Shown: piece after piece, positions 1 through 8,918 of the stretch | Layout of the letters: each line of letters starts with the position of its first letter | How positions within the stretch are numbered: position 1 is the first letter of the stretch | DNA from: Cyanophyceae cyanobacterium | GTDB lineage: Bacteria > Cyanobacteriota > Cyanobacteriia > Cyanobacteriales > Laspinemataceae | Direction of reading: 5' to 3' | DNA length: 40,945 nt | NCBI GenBank assembly: GCA_038321985.1 | Contig: JBBQFN010000045.1 | Coordinates: 1-40,945, forward strand | The notes under the pieces: model-generated | Database searches by the model: none | The model's input: the letters and a program-made list of their open reading frames with translations, nothing else | Told to the model about the DNA's origin: nothing | Made by a program: the position numbers and the translations under genes

Positions 1-62
1 AAACCCAGGGGCAATAAAGATCTAGCAATATTGTTGGCACCGTTTGTAGAAGGTCGATGGTC

Positions 63-1571
63 ATGAAAGAAGAGCTCAATATCTTAATCCAAGCTCAATA
101 TCCTTTAATCTACCTCGTGACCTCCGAGGAAGAACGGGCCGAGCAGGCGATCGCAACGATTGCTCAGATCAAGCCCCAGCGTAAAGTCTTTATCTGGACT
201 GTGACGCACGGGATCGTGGAGTATGGTCAACCCCGCAACGTTACCCAACACAATACTGTGTCGCCCGAAGCGGCGATTGAGTGGGTGGTAAGACAACGCG
301 AGCCTGGTTTGTTTATCTTCAAAGATTTACATCCGTTTATCGACTCTCCAGCAACCAATCGGTGGTTGAGAGATGCGATCGCCAGCTTTAAAGGCACGCA
401 AAAAGCCATCATCCTCATGTCACCGCTCCAGCAAGTTCCCATCGAGCTTGAGAAAGAAGTCGTTGTCATTGACTTTGCTCTGCCGGATTTGGCAGAACTC
501 AATCAGGTGCTATCTCAGCAACTAGAGACGAGTCGGACTCGCAAAATTACGACCGAAACGCGGGAAAAACTTTTAAAAGCCGCCCTAGGTCTGACGCGAG
601 ATGAAGCCGAAAAAGTCTATCGTAAAGCGCAAGTTACGAGCGGAAAACTGACAGAAGCCGAAGTGGATATCGTCCTATCTGAGAAAAAACAACTCATTCG
701 ACGTAATGGGATTCTCGATTATATAGAAGAGGACGAAACCCTCGATTCAGTTGGTGGTCTTGAAGAACTGAAACACTGGCTTAGACAACGGTCCAATGCC
801 TTTACGGAAAGGGCACGAGAATATGGTTTACCTCAACCGAAAGGAATGTTAATTCTTGGGGTTCCGGGTTGTGGCAAGTCAATGATTGCCAAAACGACCG
901 CCCGTCTGTGGGGTTTACCCTTACTCCGATTGGACATGGGTCGAGTGTATGACGGTTCAATGGTGGGGCGATCGGAAGCTAACCTTCGCAACGCCCTTAA
1001 AACAGCCGAATCTATTTCCCCAGTGCTGCTCTTTATCGACGAGTTAGATAAAGCATTTGGCGGCAGCGGGGGGTCCTCGGACTCAGACGGAGGGACGTCA
1101 AGTCGTATCTTCGGTTCATTTCTAACCTGGATGCAAGAAAAAACCTCCCCGGTGTTCGTAATGGCCACGGCCAACCGAGTCGAACGGCTGCCTGGAGAGT
1201 TCCTCAGAAAGGGACGATTTGACGAAATCTTCTTCGTTGACCTTCCCAACAACGAAGAACGCCAAGAAATTTTTAAGATTCACTTGAGCAAACGGCGTCG
1301 AGAGATCGATCGCTTCGATATCGAACAATTGGCGAAAGTCTCGGATGGATTTTCCGGGGCAGAAATCGAACAAGCTGTGATAGCAGCCATGTACGAAGCC
1401 TTTGCTCAAGATAGAGAATTTACGCAGCTAGACATCATCGCCTCGATCAAGTCAACGCTACCGCTGTCAAAGACCATGACCGAACAGGTCACCGCCCTGA
1501 GAGATTGGGCCAGACAGCGAGCTAGACCAGCTGCATCTTCCATCGCTGAATACCAGCGCATGGAGTTCTAA
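63..1571 (+). CDS. ycf46: Ycf46-family AAA+ ATPase
   Basis: Walker A GVPGCGKS, Walker B LLFIDE, SRH ...FLRKGRFD and N-terminal YPLIYLVTSEEERAE are typical of cyanobacterial Ycf46; adjacent to ycf35. The ORF opens at 57; ATG at 63 (MKEEL) is the preferred start. Confidence 0.9.
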   Translation: MKEELNILIQAQYPLIYLVTSEEERAEQAIATIAQIKPQRKVFIWTVTHGIVEYGQPRNVTQHNTVSPEAAIEWVVRQREPGLFIFKDLHPFIDSPATNRWLRDAIASFKGTQKAIILMSPLQQVPIELEKEVVVIDFALPDLAELNQVLSQQLETSRTRKITTETREKLLKAALGLTRDEAEKVYRKAQVTSGKLTEAEVDIVLSEKKQLIRRNGILDYIEEDETLDSVGGLEELKHWLRQRSNAFTERAREYGLPQPKGMLILGVPGCGKSMIAKTTARLWGLPLLRLDMGRVYDGSMVGRSEANLRNALKTAESISPVLLFIDELDKAFGGSGGSSDSDGGTSSRIFGSFLTWMQEKTSPVFVMATANRVERLPGEFLRKGRFDEIFFVDLPNNEERQEIFKIHLSKRRREIDRFDIEQLAKVSDGFSGAEIEQAVIAAMYEAFAQDREFTQLDIIASIKSTLPLSKTMTEQVTALRDWARQRARPAASSIAEYQRMEF

Positions 1572-1708
1572 AGGCTTTCTCCTGGGTTTTCCAGGAGCAA
1601 AGGCTAACCCACATATATCGGGTTAGCAGTTCTCAAAAAACCGCAGTAGCGGTTCCCTTCAAACCCAAATGTTGTCGTTTCTTTAACTATCTTACTGGAG
1701 GAAATCCA

Positions 1709-2059
1709 ATGTCTCACTTTAGCACTCTTCGTACTAAAATCACCGATGCCGAAATCCTCAAGACTTCTCTGCGCGACTTAGGCATCAGCGTTAAATCCGA
1801 TGCGGACGTTCGTGGTTACAACGGCCAGCGTGTTCGTTCCGACTTGGTTGCAGTTCTCGAAGGCGAATATGATCTGGGCTGGTCTCGCAACAGCGACGGC
1901 ACCTACGACTTGATCGCTGACCTGTGGGGTGTTGCTAAGAAGCACAACCAGACCGAACTGATCAACGCTATTAACCAGAAGTACGCGGTTAATAAGACTC
2001 TTAATGAAGTTCGTCGTCCCGGGCTGCAAAACGCCAACGTTAAGCTCGTTGTTCAATAA
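1709..2059 (+). CDS. ycf35: Ycf35 / DUF1257 protein
   Basis: MSHFSTLRTKI start, VRGYNGQ and YDLIADLW motifs; GGAGG RBS at about 1697-1701; follows ycf46. Confidence 0.88.
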   Translation: MSHFSTLRTKITDAEILKTSLRDLGISVKSDADVRGYNGQRVRSDLVAVLEGEYDLGWSRNSDGTYDLIADLWGVAKKHNQTELINAINQKYAVNKTLNEVRRPGLQNANVKLVVQ

Positions 2060-2083
2060 ACATAGAGCGCGTTCCCTTGAATT

Positions 2084-2117
2084 ACGGGTTAACCTACCAT
2101 AGGTTAGCCCGTTTTTT
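2084..2117 (+). terminator. Rho-independent terminator of the ycf46-ycf35 unit
   Basis: ACGGGTTAACCTA-CCA-TAGGTTAGCCCGT stem-loop followed by a T run, 25 nt after the ycf35 stop. Confidence 0.8.
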
Positions 2118-2166
2118 CTGTTTAGGGCGAGATAAAATTGCGGCCAGGAATATCGGGGGAGTGGAG

Positions 2167-2967
2167 ATGAAATTTATACAACGAACCTCAACTCAGTTAA
2201 AAATACAAATCATCCCCTTTTTGATTTGGATCGTGGGGGGGATAATCATCAATATTGGGGTAGGTGAGAGTCAAAGAATAGGGAGATACCGTGTGATCTG
2301 CGATCGCCTACCAGATTCTGGTCACTGTGAAATCACCCAGTCCAGTTTCTGGCAAACCCGCCGCGAAACATTTCCTCTAAAAGACTTACAAGGGGCCGAG
2401 GTTGTCTTGCGTAACAGCAGTAAACGGAAGACCACTTACCAAGTCGTTCTCCTCCTCCCAGGAAAACTCATGCCCCTTCATGATTTTTTGAGTTCCGATC
2501 GCCCCTCTCATCAGAAACAAGCCGATCTTATCAACCAATTTGTGCAAGATTCAACCCAGTCCAACTTGGCGATCTCTCGAAATATGTTTGGGTTGATGAT
2601 TACATCCTTCCTCGGGTTCTGTGGGATGGGTCTATTCATGATTGCCTACTTTGGCCCAATCATTATCCTAAAATTGGATAAACCTTCCAATCAATTTATT
2701 CTGACTTGGCGAGGACTTTTGGGGACCAAACGGATTGAACATCCCCTGCGGAATATTGTCCGGAGTTATGTGGAACCGAGTCTTAGACGCAATTTTAAGC
2801 GCGAAACCTATGTCATTAAAGTGATGCTCACCTCTGGCGAAACCCTTGCCTTAATGCCCTATCACAGTTCCGGATATAATGACAAACTCCGGATCACTCA
2901 AGAAATTCACAGCTTTTTGGGAATAGAACCCACAGAAACTACCAATCCGAGGTATTTGGGTCCTTAA
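2167..2967 (+). CDS. Hypothetical membrane protein: two TM helices, each followed by a similar beta-rich module; probably C-terminally truncated
   Basis: GGAG RBS before ATG 2167; the ORF-track start 2077 runs through the terminator. Hydrophobic segments IIPFLIWIVGGIIINIG and FGLMITSFLGFCGMGLFMIAYF. Confidence 0.7.
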   Translation: MKFIQRTSTQLKIQIIPFLIWIVGGIIINIGVGESQRIGRYRVICDRLPDSGHCEITQSSFWQTRRETFPLKDLQGAEVVLRNSSKRKTTYQVVLLLPGKLMPLHDFLSSDRPSHQKQADLINQFVQDSTQSNLAISRNMFGLMITSFLGFCGMGLFMIAYFGPIIILKLDKPSNQFILTWRGLLGTKRIEHPLRNIVRSYVEPSLRRNFKRETYVIKVMLTSGETLALMPYHSSGYNDKLRITQEIHSFLGIEPTETTNPRYLGP

Positions 2968-3174
2968 CAACAGTTAGAAGAGTATTAGGAAAGAATTTCC
3001 CGTCAGCCGGAAGATATTGAGGTCAACTACGGAATCGCCAGCATTCTAGCCTTGCAAGGAAAACGACAAGAGGCCAAAGCACATTTAGAGAAATTTCGTT
3101 CTCAGTTCGCGGCAGAGGGAAAATTTGAGCTGGCAAATTTACTCGACCCGGCGATCGCCCAGATGAACCACTAA
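2968..3174 (+). pseudogene. In-frame TPR-like C-terminal remnant of the upstream gene
   Basis: The same frame continues after TAA 2965-2967 and TAG 2986-2988: QQLEEY*ERISRQPEDIEVNYGIASILALQGKRQEAKAHLEKFRSQFAAEGKFELANLLDPAIAQMNH*, which fits a TPR helix pattern. Confidence 0.6.
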
Positions 3175-3343
3175 CCCTATCTCAAGGCGATCGCCTCCAT
3201 CTATCCCAATTGGCCCTCCATTCATTTAAGACCCCTGGGAATCATCCATCGAAAACACAATGGTGTGATTAATCCCAACATTATTCAGAAACAAGTCATG
3301 GGGTTAGAATAAGCCAGAGTCAAATCCTATTGATACTGTTTAT

Positions 3344-4204
3344 ATGCAAACTTTCTCCGCTGAATTAGAGCGAAAAATCCGAGAATTAATTTACCAATGT
3401 GGGACCCGGGCTGAAGAGTTGGCGAAACAACCCTACTCTGTCACGGAAAAAGGGCCAGAAGATTATGTAACGAGTGTGGATCGGGAACTTGATCGCCTCT
3501 TAACCACGGGATTTTCTGAATTATTTCCCCAAGATGGAATTATTACGGAAGAAAACGAGCGATCGCGCCTAGCATTTAATGCTGATCGCCAAAGACTCTG
3601 GTGCATTGACCCCCTAGATGGCACCGAGGGATTTATTCAAGGCAAGCCCCATTACTCAGTGATGATTGGCTTACTTTCAAATTTTGTCCCCATGGCGGGC
3701 TGGATCTACGCACCAGCTTTAGAGCAGATGTATTATGGGGGGGCAAACTGGGGGCTATTTCAAGTTCTGGGGAATTCCACAGCGAAACCCTTATCTCCAG
3801 TGGAACCACCGGCACCGAACTCATCCTATTGTCCGATCATGCTGGGGGAGAGGGACCAGGGGAATTTTGGCGAGGCGATCGCCAAATTAGTGCCTGGAGT
3901 TTGTTATTCCTCCCTCGGGAGTTTTGGTCTCAAAGTAATGGAAGTCATTTGCGGACGTGCCGGACTTTATCTTTATCTCAATGGTCGAGTTAAACTCTGG
4001 GATACTGCCGGTCCCGTAGCATTAGCCAAAGCAGCGGGGTTAGTCTGTTGTGATTTAGAGGGAGAACCCCTGAGTTTTGAACCCTCCGCCCTCGCCTCGG
4101 ATACCTTGATTCACAAACAACCAATTTTAATTGGGTGGCCGAGTTATGTGGAAGCCCTGCGATCGCCCATCTGCGAAGCCGTGTTAGCTACTCAGACCCC
4201 ATAA
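3344..4204 (+). CDS. Inositol monophosphatase / CysQ (PAP phosphatase) family
   Basis: Metal-binding motifs ITEE, WCIDPLDGT and KLWDTAG. Confidence 0.88.
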   Translation: MQTFSAELERKIRELIYQCGTRAEELAKQPYSVTEKGPEDYVTSVDRELDRLLTTGFSELFPQDGIITEENERSRLAFNADRQRLWCIDPLDGTEGFIQGKPHYSVMIGLLSNFVPMAGWIYAPALEQMYYGGANWGLFQVLGNSTAKPLSPVEPPAPNSSYCPIMLGERDQGNFGEAIAKLVPGVCYSSLGSFGLKVMEVICGRAGLYLYLNGRVKLWDTAGPVALAKAAGLVCCDLEGEPLSFEPSALASDTLIHKQPILIGWPSYVEALRSPICEAVLATQTP

Positions 4205-4241
4205 CAGAATCGAGGATGATTTATTCTTGCGCCTTCATTCT

Positions 4242-5429
4242 TTATCCTTCTAAGGACTGTAACTGAAGCTGCAATGGCTTATCCCCTTGAATTTCCAGAC
4301 CTCTAAAATCTTGATTAACGGGGGTCTTTTGACCCTCGGACGACCACAATACCCATCGACTTCCCCGGGGTAAATGATTGATGCTAGCTCCATTTTGGGT
4401 CAGCCAGATTAAGGGTAAAAAGGGAGGTTCCCCTACCGTTGCATCTTCTTCTCCAGCTTGGGTCGCTGCTAAGGCTTCTAAGACGCGGTTATTGCCATGC
4501 ACCAAACCAGTTCCCGCCGTCCAGAGGCGAACGTTGAGTTGGCAGCGTTCGGCATAGCAGTATAAAGAAGCAGCAGCAATCACGGCTGCTTCAAAGTCTT
4601 CTAAATTCCAGGAACTGCGGCTATCGAGGGCGATAATCACTTCTTGTCCCCCGGTGGAAACTTCTAATTCGCGCACTCGCAGTTCCCCGAAACGGGCGCT
4701 GCTACGCCAGTGAATCAACCGAGTGGGGTCCCCATATCGGTAGGGTCGCACCGTGCGGGTGATGCCTTCCGTTGCCATTTCAGCGCGGCGATCGCTATGA
4801 ACGAGTAAGCTATCTTCTTGACCCATGCGATCAACTAGAGGACAGTGACTTAGGGGTAAAACTTGAGGATAGACGACTGCGGTAGCGGGGACCTGACGCG
4901 ATCGCCTGCACCAAAATAACCCCAGTGGGGTTGCCGTTCGCAACTGGACTTCATGCCAGCGATAAATCCCCCGCCGTTGGGTGGGGTAATAGTAAACCCA
5001 ATGATGAATGCCATGAGGGGGGATTTCTTCGATCGCATATTGAACCGGGTTTCCCAAAACAAATGGCAGGATATCCTGCACTTGCACCAAGGTTTTCGCC
5101 TTTGGGGTCTGATTTTCGATCGCCAAATCTAGGGTGAGGTCTTCTCCCGCGCTAACAGGTTCGATCCGGGCGCGATGAACTTGTAAATCCTGGAGCGATC
5201 GCACCGGCAATACTGCGGCAATTCCCAATAGTGCAAAGCTCACTCCACTGATCACATACAGCCATCCGGCCATCGTATTTGTTGCAGCGCCAAAGAAAAA
5301 TATAGCTAAGGTTCCTAAGAGCCAACCCGCGTAGGCCGGGGTTACCCAGTGAGTTTCCAGCCAGTTGGCGATTCGATGGGTGAAGCGTGTTTTTTTGGAG
5401 CGAGCTGCAATCGGTTCTGCGCGGGTCAT
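4242..5429 (-). CDS. DUF58 domain membrane protein
   Basis: N-terminal TM pair; RPYRYGDPTRLIHWRSSAR and VIIALD motifs typical of DUF58. Confidence 0.88.
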   Translation of the reverse strand: MTRAEPIAARSKKTRFTHRIANWLETHWVTPAYAGWLLGTLAIFFFGAATNTMAGWLYVISGVSFALLGIAAVLPVRSLQDLQVHRARIEPVSAGEDLTLDLAIENQTPKAKTLVQVQDILPFVLGNPVQYAIEEIPPHGIHHWVYYYPTQRRGIYRWHEVQLRTATPLGLFWCRRSRQVPATAVVYPQVLPLSHCPLVDRMGQEDSLLVHSDRRAEMATEGITRTVRPYRYGDPTRLIHWRSSARFGELRVRELEVSTGGQEVIIALDSRSSWNLEDFEAAVIAAASLYCYAERCQLNVRLWTAGTGLVHGNNRVLEALAATQAGEEDATVGEPPFLPLIWLTQNGASINHLPRGSRWVLWSSEGQKTPVNQDFRGLEIQGDKPLQLQLQSLEG

Positions 5430-6003
5430 AATAAATGCCTTAGCCGTTCCAGTAGCGGGTTAGATGATTTTTCTATGGTAATCGCAATTTTATCGGAGCG
5501 CTACTGCTGTTAAGGGTTTCGCCCTGATTTCCCAAGAAAAACTGGGCTAGAGTATCTCTAACCCAGACCGAGGGTGAACAATGAACGCTGTGAATCCTTC
5601 CCGGGAAGTCCGCGATTGAGGCGATAGGGTTTCTAATTCCCGTGGAGCTTCTAATTTTTTGGAAGGGCGATCGCCGTGGCGGTTTAACTTTACCCTTGCA
5701 ATTACTATCTTATCTCAGTGATTGCACGGATGTCAATAGTCAAAATTTTCCTAGCCTTTGCAGGCTTGGACGGACTTTTGGCCCCAAGAACTTAAATCAA
5801 ACTGCGGGAAATTCCCCAAGGTATCTAGATTTTGCCCTGCGAAACGCGACTGCGCCAACATCCGTGTTTTTCCGGATATTGGGGCAGTCGCTACAAAACT
5901 TAATCGGGAACGTTTCACTCAATATATCCAGCGGATGTACGTTTCCCAAGTTAATATAATCCAGCAGATAGATTGACTTGATAGCTTTCGATCGCCACAG
6001 CAG

Positions 6004-6009
6004 TACAAT
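6004..6009 (+). promoter_or_regulatory. Putative -10 element (TACAAT) for the btpA leader transcript
   Basis: TACAAT lies about 7 nt before the start of a run of hairpins; no canonically spaced -35. Confidence 0.45.
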
Positions 6010-6015
6010 TAACAT

Positions 6016-6263
6016 AGCGGCACGAATGAGTCTAACGACTCAATGAGGCAATCCGAGGCACACCTCGGTTCCTCAGTTGGAAAAAACCGGCCTGGGTCCG
6101 ACCCTGCGACACCCGCTTATTTTATGGAGCGTTAGGAATCGCGATCGCACTCCAGGCATCGAATCCAACACTCCCGCTTTTAGCGGGTCAAGACTTGTTT
6201 CAAAGTCTTTGTCATATATATTGGTTGACCGAACGTTCCTGTGGCGTCCGAGATAGTAACAAC
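6016..6263 (+). ncRNA. Candidate structured 5' leader or sRNA upstream of btpA
   Basis: Consecutive stems GAGTC/GACTC, TGAGG..CCGAGG/CCTCGG..CCTCA, long-range GCCTGG/CCAGGC and CCCGCT-TTT-AGCGGG; no convincing ORF. Confidence 0.45.
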
Positions 6264-7115
6264 GTGGACTTAAAACAGCTCTTCAAAACCCCGAATCCGA
6301 TTATTGGTGTTGTCCATTTACTGCCCCTGCCGACCTCTCCGAGGTGGGGGGGCAGCCTCAAAACTGTCATTGAGCGAGCCGAGCGAGAGGCCACAGCGCT
6401 GGCATCAGGCGGGGTTGATGGCATTATTGTCGAAAATTTCTTTGATGCTCCCTTTACCAACGGCCAGGTAGATCCAGCCGTGGTGAGTGGGATGACTCTG
6501 ATCGTGGATCGGCTGATGAACTTGGTAACCGTACCGATCGGAATCAACGTTTTGCGAAATGATGCCCTGAGTGGATTGGCGATCGCCTCCTGTGTCGGTG
6601 CCAGCTTCATCCGTGTCAACGTCCTAACTGGGGTAATGGCGACGGATCAGGGCTTAATCGAAGGACAGGCGCATCAACTCTTGCGCTATCGACGAGAACT
6701 CGGCAGCGACGTTAAAATCTTTGCCGATGTCTTGGTGAAGCACGCACGTCCTTTGGGTTCCCCCAATTTGACCACTGCGGTGCAAGAAACCATTGAGCGA
6801 GGTTTAGCCGATGGGGTGATTCTTTCCGGTTGGGCGACAGGTAATCCTCCGAGTTTTGAAGATTTAGAACTCGCGATCGCCGCAGCTAAAGGCACTCCCG
6901 TCTTTATTGGCAGCGGGGCCACCTGGGAAAATATTTCGACCCTGATCCAATCCGCCAATGGCGTCATTGTCTGTAGTTCCCTCAAACGGCACGGACAACT
7001 GGAGCACCCCGTCGATCCGATCCGAGTTAGTCAATTTGTGGAAGCTACTCGCCGGAGTCTCTCCCTAGAAACTCCGCCCTCGTCACTCGCCGCTATCAAG
7101 CTTCATTCGGGGTGA
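6264..7115 (+). CDS. btpA: Photosystem I biogenesis protein BtpA
   Basis: PIIGVVHLLPLP, GGVDGIIVENFFDAPF, GINVLRND and ADVLVKH motifs. GTG 6264 (MDLKQLFKT) is the preferred start; the ORF track starts at 6195. Confidence 0.92.
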   Translation: MDLKQLFKTPNPIIGVVHLLPLPTSPRWGGSLKTVIERAEREATALASGGVDGIIVENFFDAPFTNGQVDPAVVSGMTLIVDRLMNLVTVPIGINVLRNDALSGLAIASCVGASFIRVNVLTGVMATDQGLIEGQAHQLLRYRRELGSDVKIFADVLVKHARPLGSPNLTTAVQETIERGLADGVILSGWATGNPPSFEDLELAIAAAKGTPVFIGSGATWENISTLIQSANGVIVCSSLKRHGQLEHPVDPIRVSQFVEATRRSLSLETPPSSLAAIKLHSG

Positions 7116-7133
7116 GGGAAGGGAGATAAGTAA

Positions 7134-7350
7134 GCGATGAAGGATGAGGGAGAAAAATTCATTCTTCATCCTTATCCTTATCCTTGTTTTTGCTGCTGAG
7201 AACTCATCTCTTGATCCTATTTCTTCCCATCCTTATTTCTTGGCCAACCTTTATTCTTCTCTCCCTTCCCTCCCCCTTCATCAATCATCCCTCCCCCTTC
7301 ACCCTCCATCCTTGATTTCTTTAATCCTTCTCTTACCCCTTCCCCCTTCT
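7134..7350. repeat. Low-complexity pyrimidine-rich tract with TTCATCC/CTTATCC-like short repeats
   Basis: gatgaaggatgag is followed by ttcatccttatccttatcc and a long C/T-rich run; the first part can form a hairpin behind btpA. Confidence 0.5.
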
Positions 7351-7853
7351 CGGGAGTGAATATGCCACAATCAAATTGTCCTAGCGTTGTCACTTGAGCA
7401 ATCCAGAGGCATCGTTTGTCTAGAAGAAGGATGGTCAGCCGTAAGCACCCCAATCTGAAGAAACGGGGCTTTATTCCTCAACTCTTCAGGTAATTGAGCC
7501 GCCCAAATCTTAACTAACTCAGTTATTGGGAAGCGTGCCAGAACCTCTCAAAGAATGCAAAGCTTGTTTTTGGCTCTAAAACTGGAGCCTTAAACAGTTT
7601 TACAGGGACCGATAACTTGATTTAAGCTGGCCTCACTCCAGCACTCAAGGGGTGCAAGCCCCAAATGCTATGCGTACAGGGTGGAAGGTTTGATACGGTA
7701 ATTGTCCCGTTGAAAGTGCATCACAAAAGCACACCAGACAAAGTCACCCCAAGGCGGTAGTTATCATCAATGCTCAAAACGGTTGTAACCGTTGGATACT
7801 CGTTTTCGCCGAGGTTTAAAGACACTCGGTTTGCACATTACCAAATTTTTCTT

Positions 7854-8822
7854 ATGAGACGCCGACGTTCTATTCCGTGGATTTATCGCTGGTCGCGTTA
7901 TCTCATCGGCGCGATCGCGGTTTTGGGTCTTTTAGAAACCGCCTTTTTAACCGTCGTTGAGTTTACCGGATCCGCTGCGGCAGTTTGCCCGACTACCGGC
8001 TGCCAAGTTGTCCTAGAAAGCGAATATGCCAAAATCTTTGGTTTGCCCCTAACCCTATTTGGGTTTTTAGGCTATACCACGATGGCTCTTTTGGCCTTCG
8101 CTCCCTTATTGGTTAATGAAGAGACCCAAAAAGATTTGCGATCAAAATTAGACAACACCTCCTGGTTGCTGATGTTTGCGATCTCCACCGTCATGCTTGT
8201 GTTTAGTCTAAACCTGACCTACGTCATGTTTTTTACTCTGCAAGCCGTCTGCCCTTACTGCTTGGTTTCGGCAGTTTTTTCGGTGCTGTTATTTGTCTTA
8301 ACTATTATCGGGCGGGATTGGCCCGATAGAGGTCAACTGTTTTTTACCGGCATTATTGTCGGCATGATTACCCTGATTGGAGCCTTGGGGGTCTATGCCA
8401 ATGTCAATAACCCAGCCGCCAACAATTCCACAGACAACTCGACGGTTCAGCTTCAGTCTGGACGGCCTCCCTCAAATACGGGCTGGCCGATTTCGACCTC
8501 ATCCGGTGAAGCGGAAATCGCATTAGCAAGACATCTAACGGCAACCGGCGCAAAAAACTATAGCGCCTATTGGTGTCCTCACTGTCACGAACAAAAGGAA
8601 CTATTTGGGAAACAAGCAGTGAGTGAGATTGACTATATTGAATGCGATCCCGGAGGCAAGAACCCCAAACCCCAACTGTGCCAAGCAGCTCAAATTGAGG
8701 GATATCCGACCTGGCAAATTAACGGGCAGCTCTATTCTGGGGTGCAATCCCTCTCTGAACTAGCGGCCTTGTCCGGGTATCAAGGGCCAAGTGACTTTAA
8801 AAACGTCCTACCCGGTCGCTAA
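7854..8822 (+). CDS. VKOR-thioredoxin fusion (disulfide-bond formation; LTO1/SynDsbAB type)
   Basis: VKOR loop cysteines CPTTGC, VKOR CPYC, TM helices and C-terminal Trx YWCPHC. ATG 7854 (MRRRRSIPW) is the preferred start. Confidence 0.92.
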   Translation: MRRRRSIPWIYRWSRYLIGAIAVLGLLETAFLTVVEFTGSAAAVCPTTGCQVVLESEYAKIFGLPLTLFGFLGYTTMALLAFAPLLVNEETQKDLRSKLDNTSWLLMFAISTVMLVFSLNLTYVMFFTLQAVCPYCLVSAVFSVLLFVLTIIGRDWPDRGQLFFTGIIVGMITLIGALGVYANVNNPAANNSTDNSTVQLQSGRPPSNTGWPISTSSGEAEIALARHLTATGAKNYSAYWCPHCHEQKELFGKQAVSEIDYIECDPGGKNPKPQLCQAAQIEGYPTWQINGQLYSGVQSLSELAALSGYQGPSDFKNVLPGR

Positions 8823-8918
8823 CTCTAGCTTCTCCCTATAATCCGAGGAATTCCCAATGCGGTTTGAGCCTGGAACCGCAGTGGGAAAGTCCGGATTTCA
8901 GCCGTTATCCTAAGCAGA

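Noticed and set aside
5642..6015. Three overlapping short ORFs in the DUF58-btpA spacer
   Set aside because: Mutually overlapping, no motifs or RBS; the region is better explained as divergent promoters.
6016..6200. Identification as 6S RNA or SRP RNA
   Set aside because: No end-to-end rod with a central bubble and no SRP GGAA-loop/AGCAG motif seen; left as an unnamed structured RNA.
7144..7453. ORFs 7144..7359 (+) and 7217..7453 (-)
   Set aside because: They are translations of the low-complexity C/T tract (L/P/S- or G/E/K-rich) with no domain signal.
7785..7799. NtcA site upstream of VKOR (GTAACCGTTGGATAC)
   Set aside because: The spacer is 9 nt, not the canonical GTA-N8-TAC.
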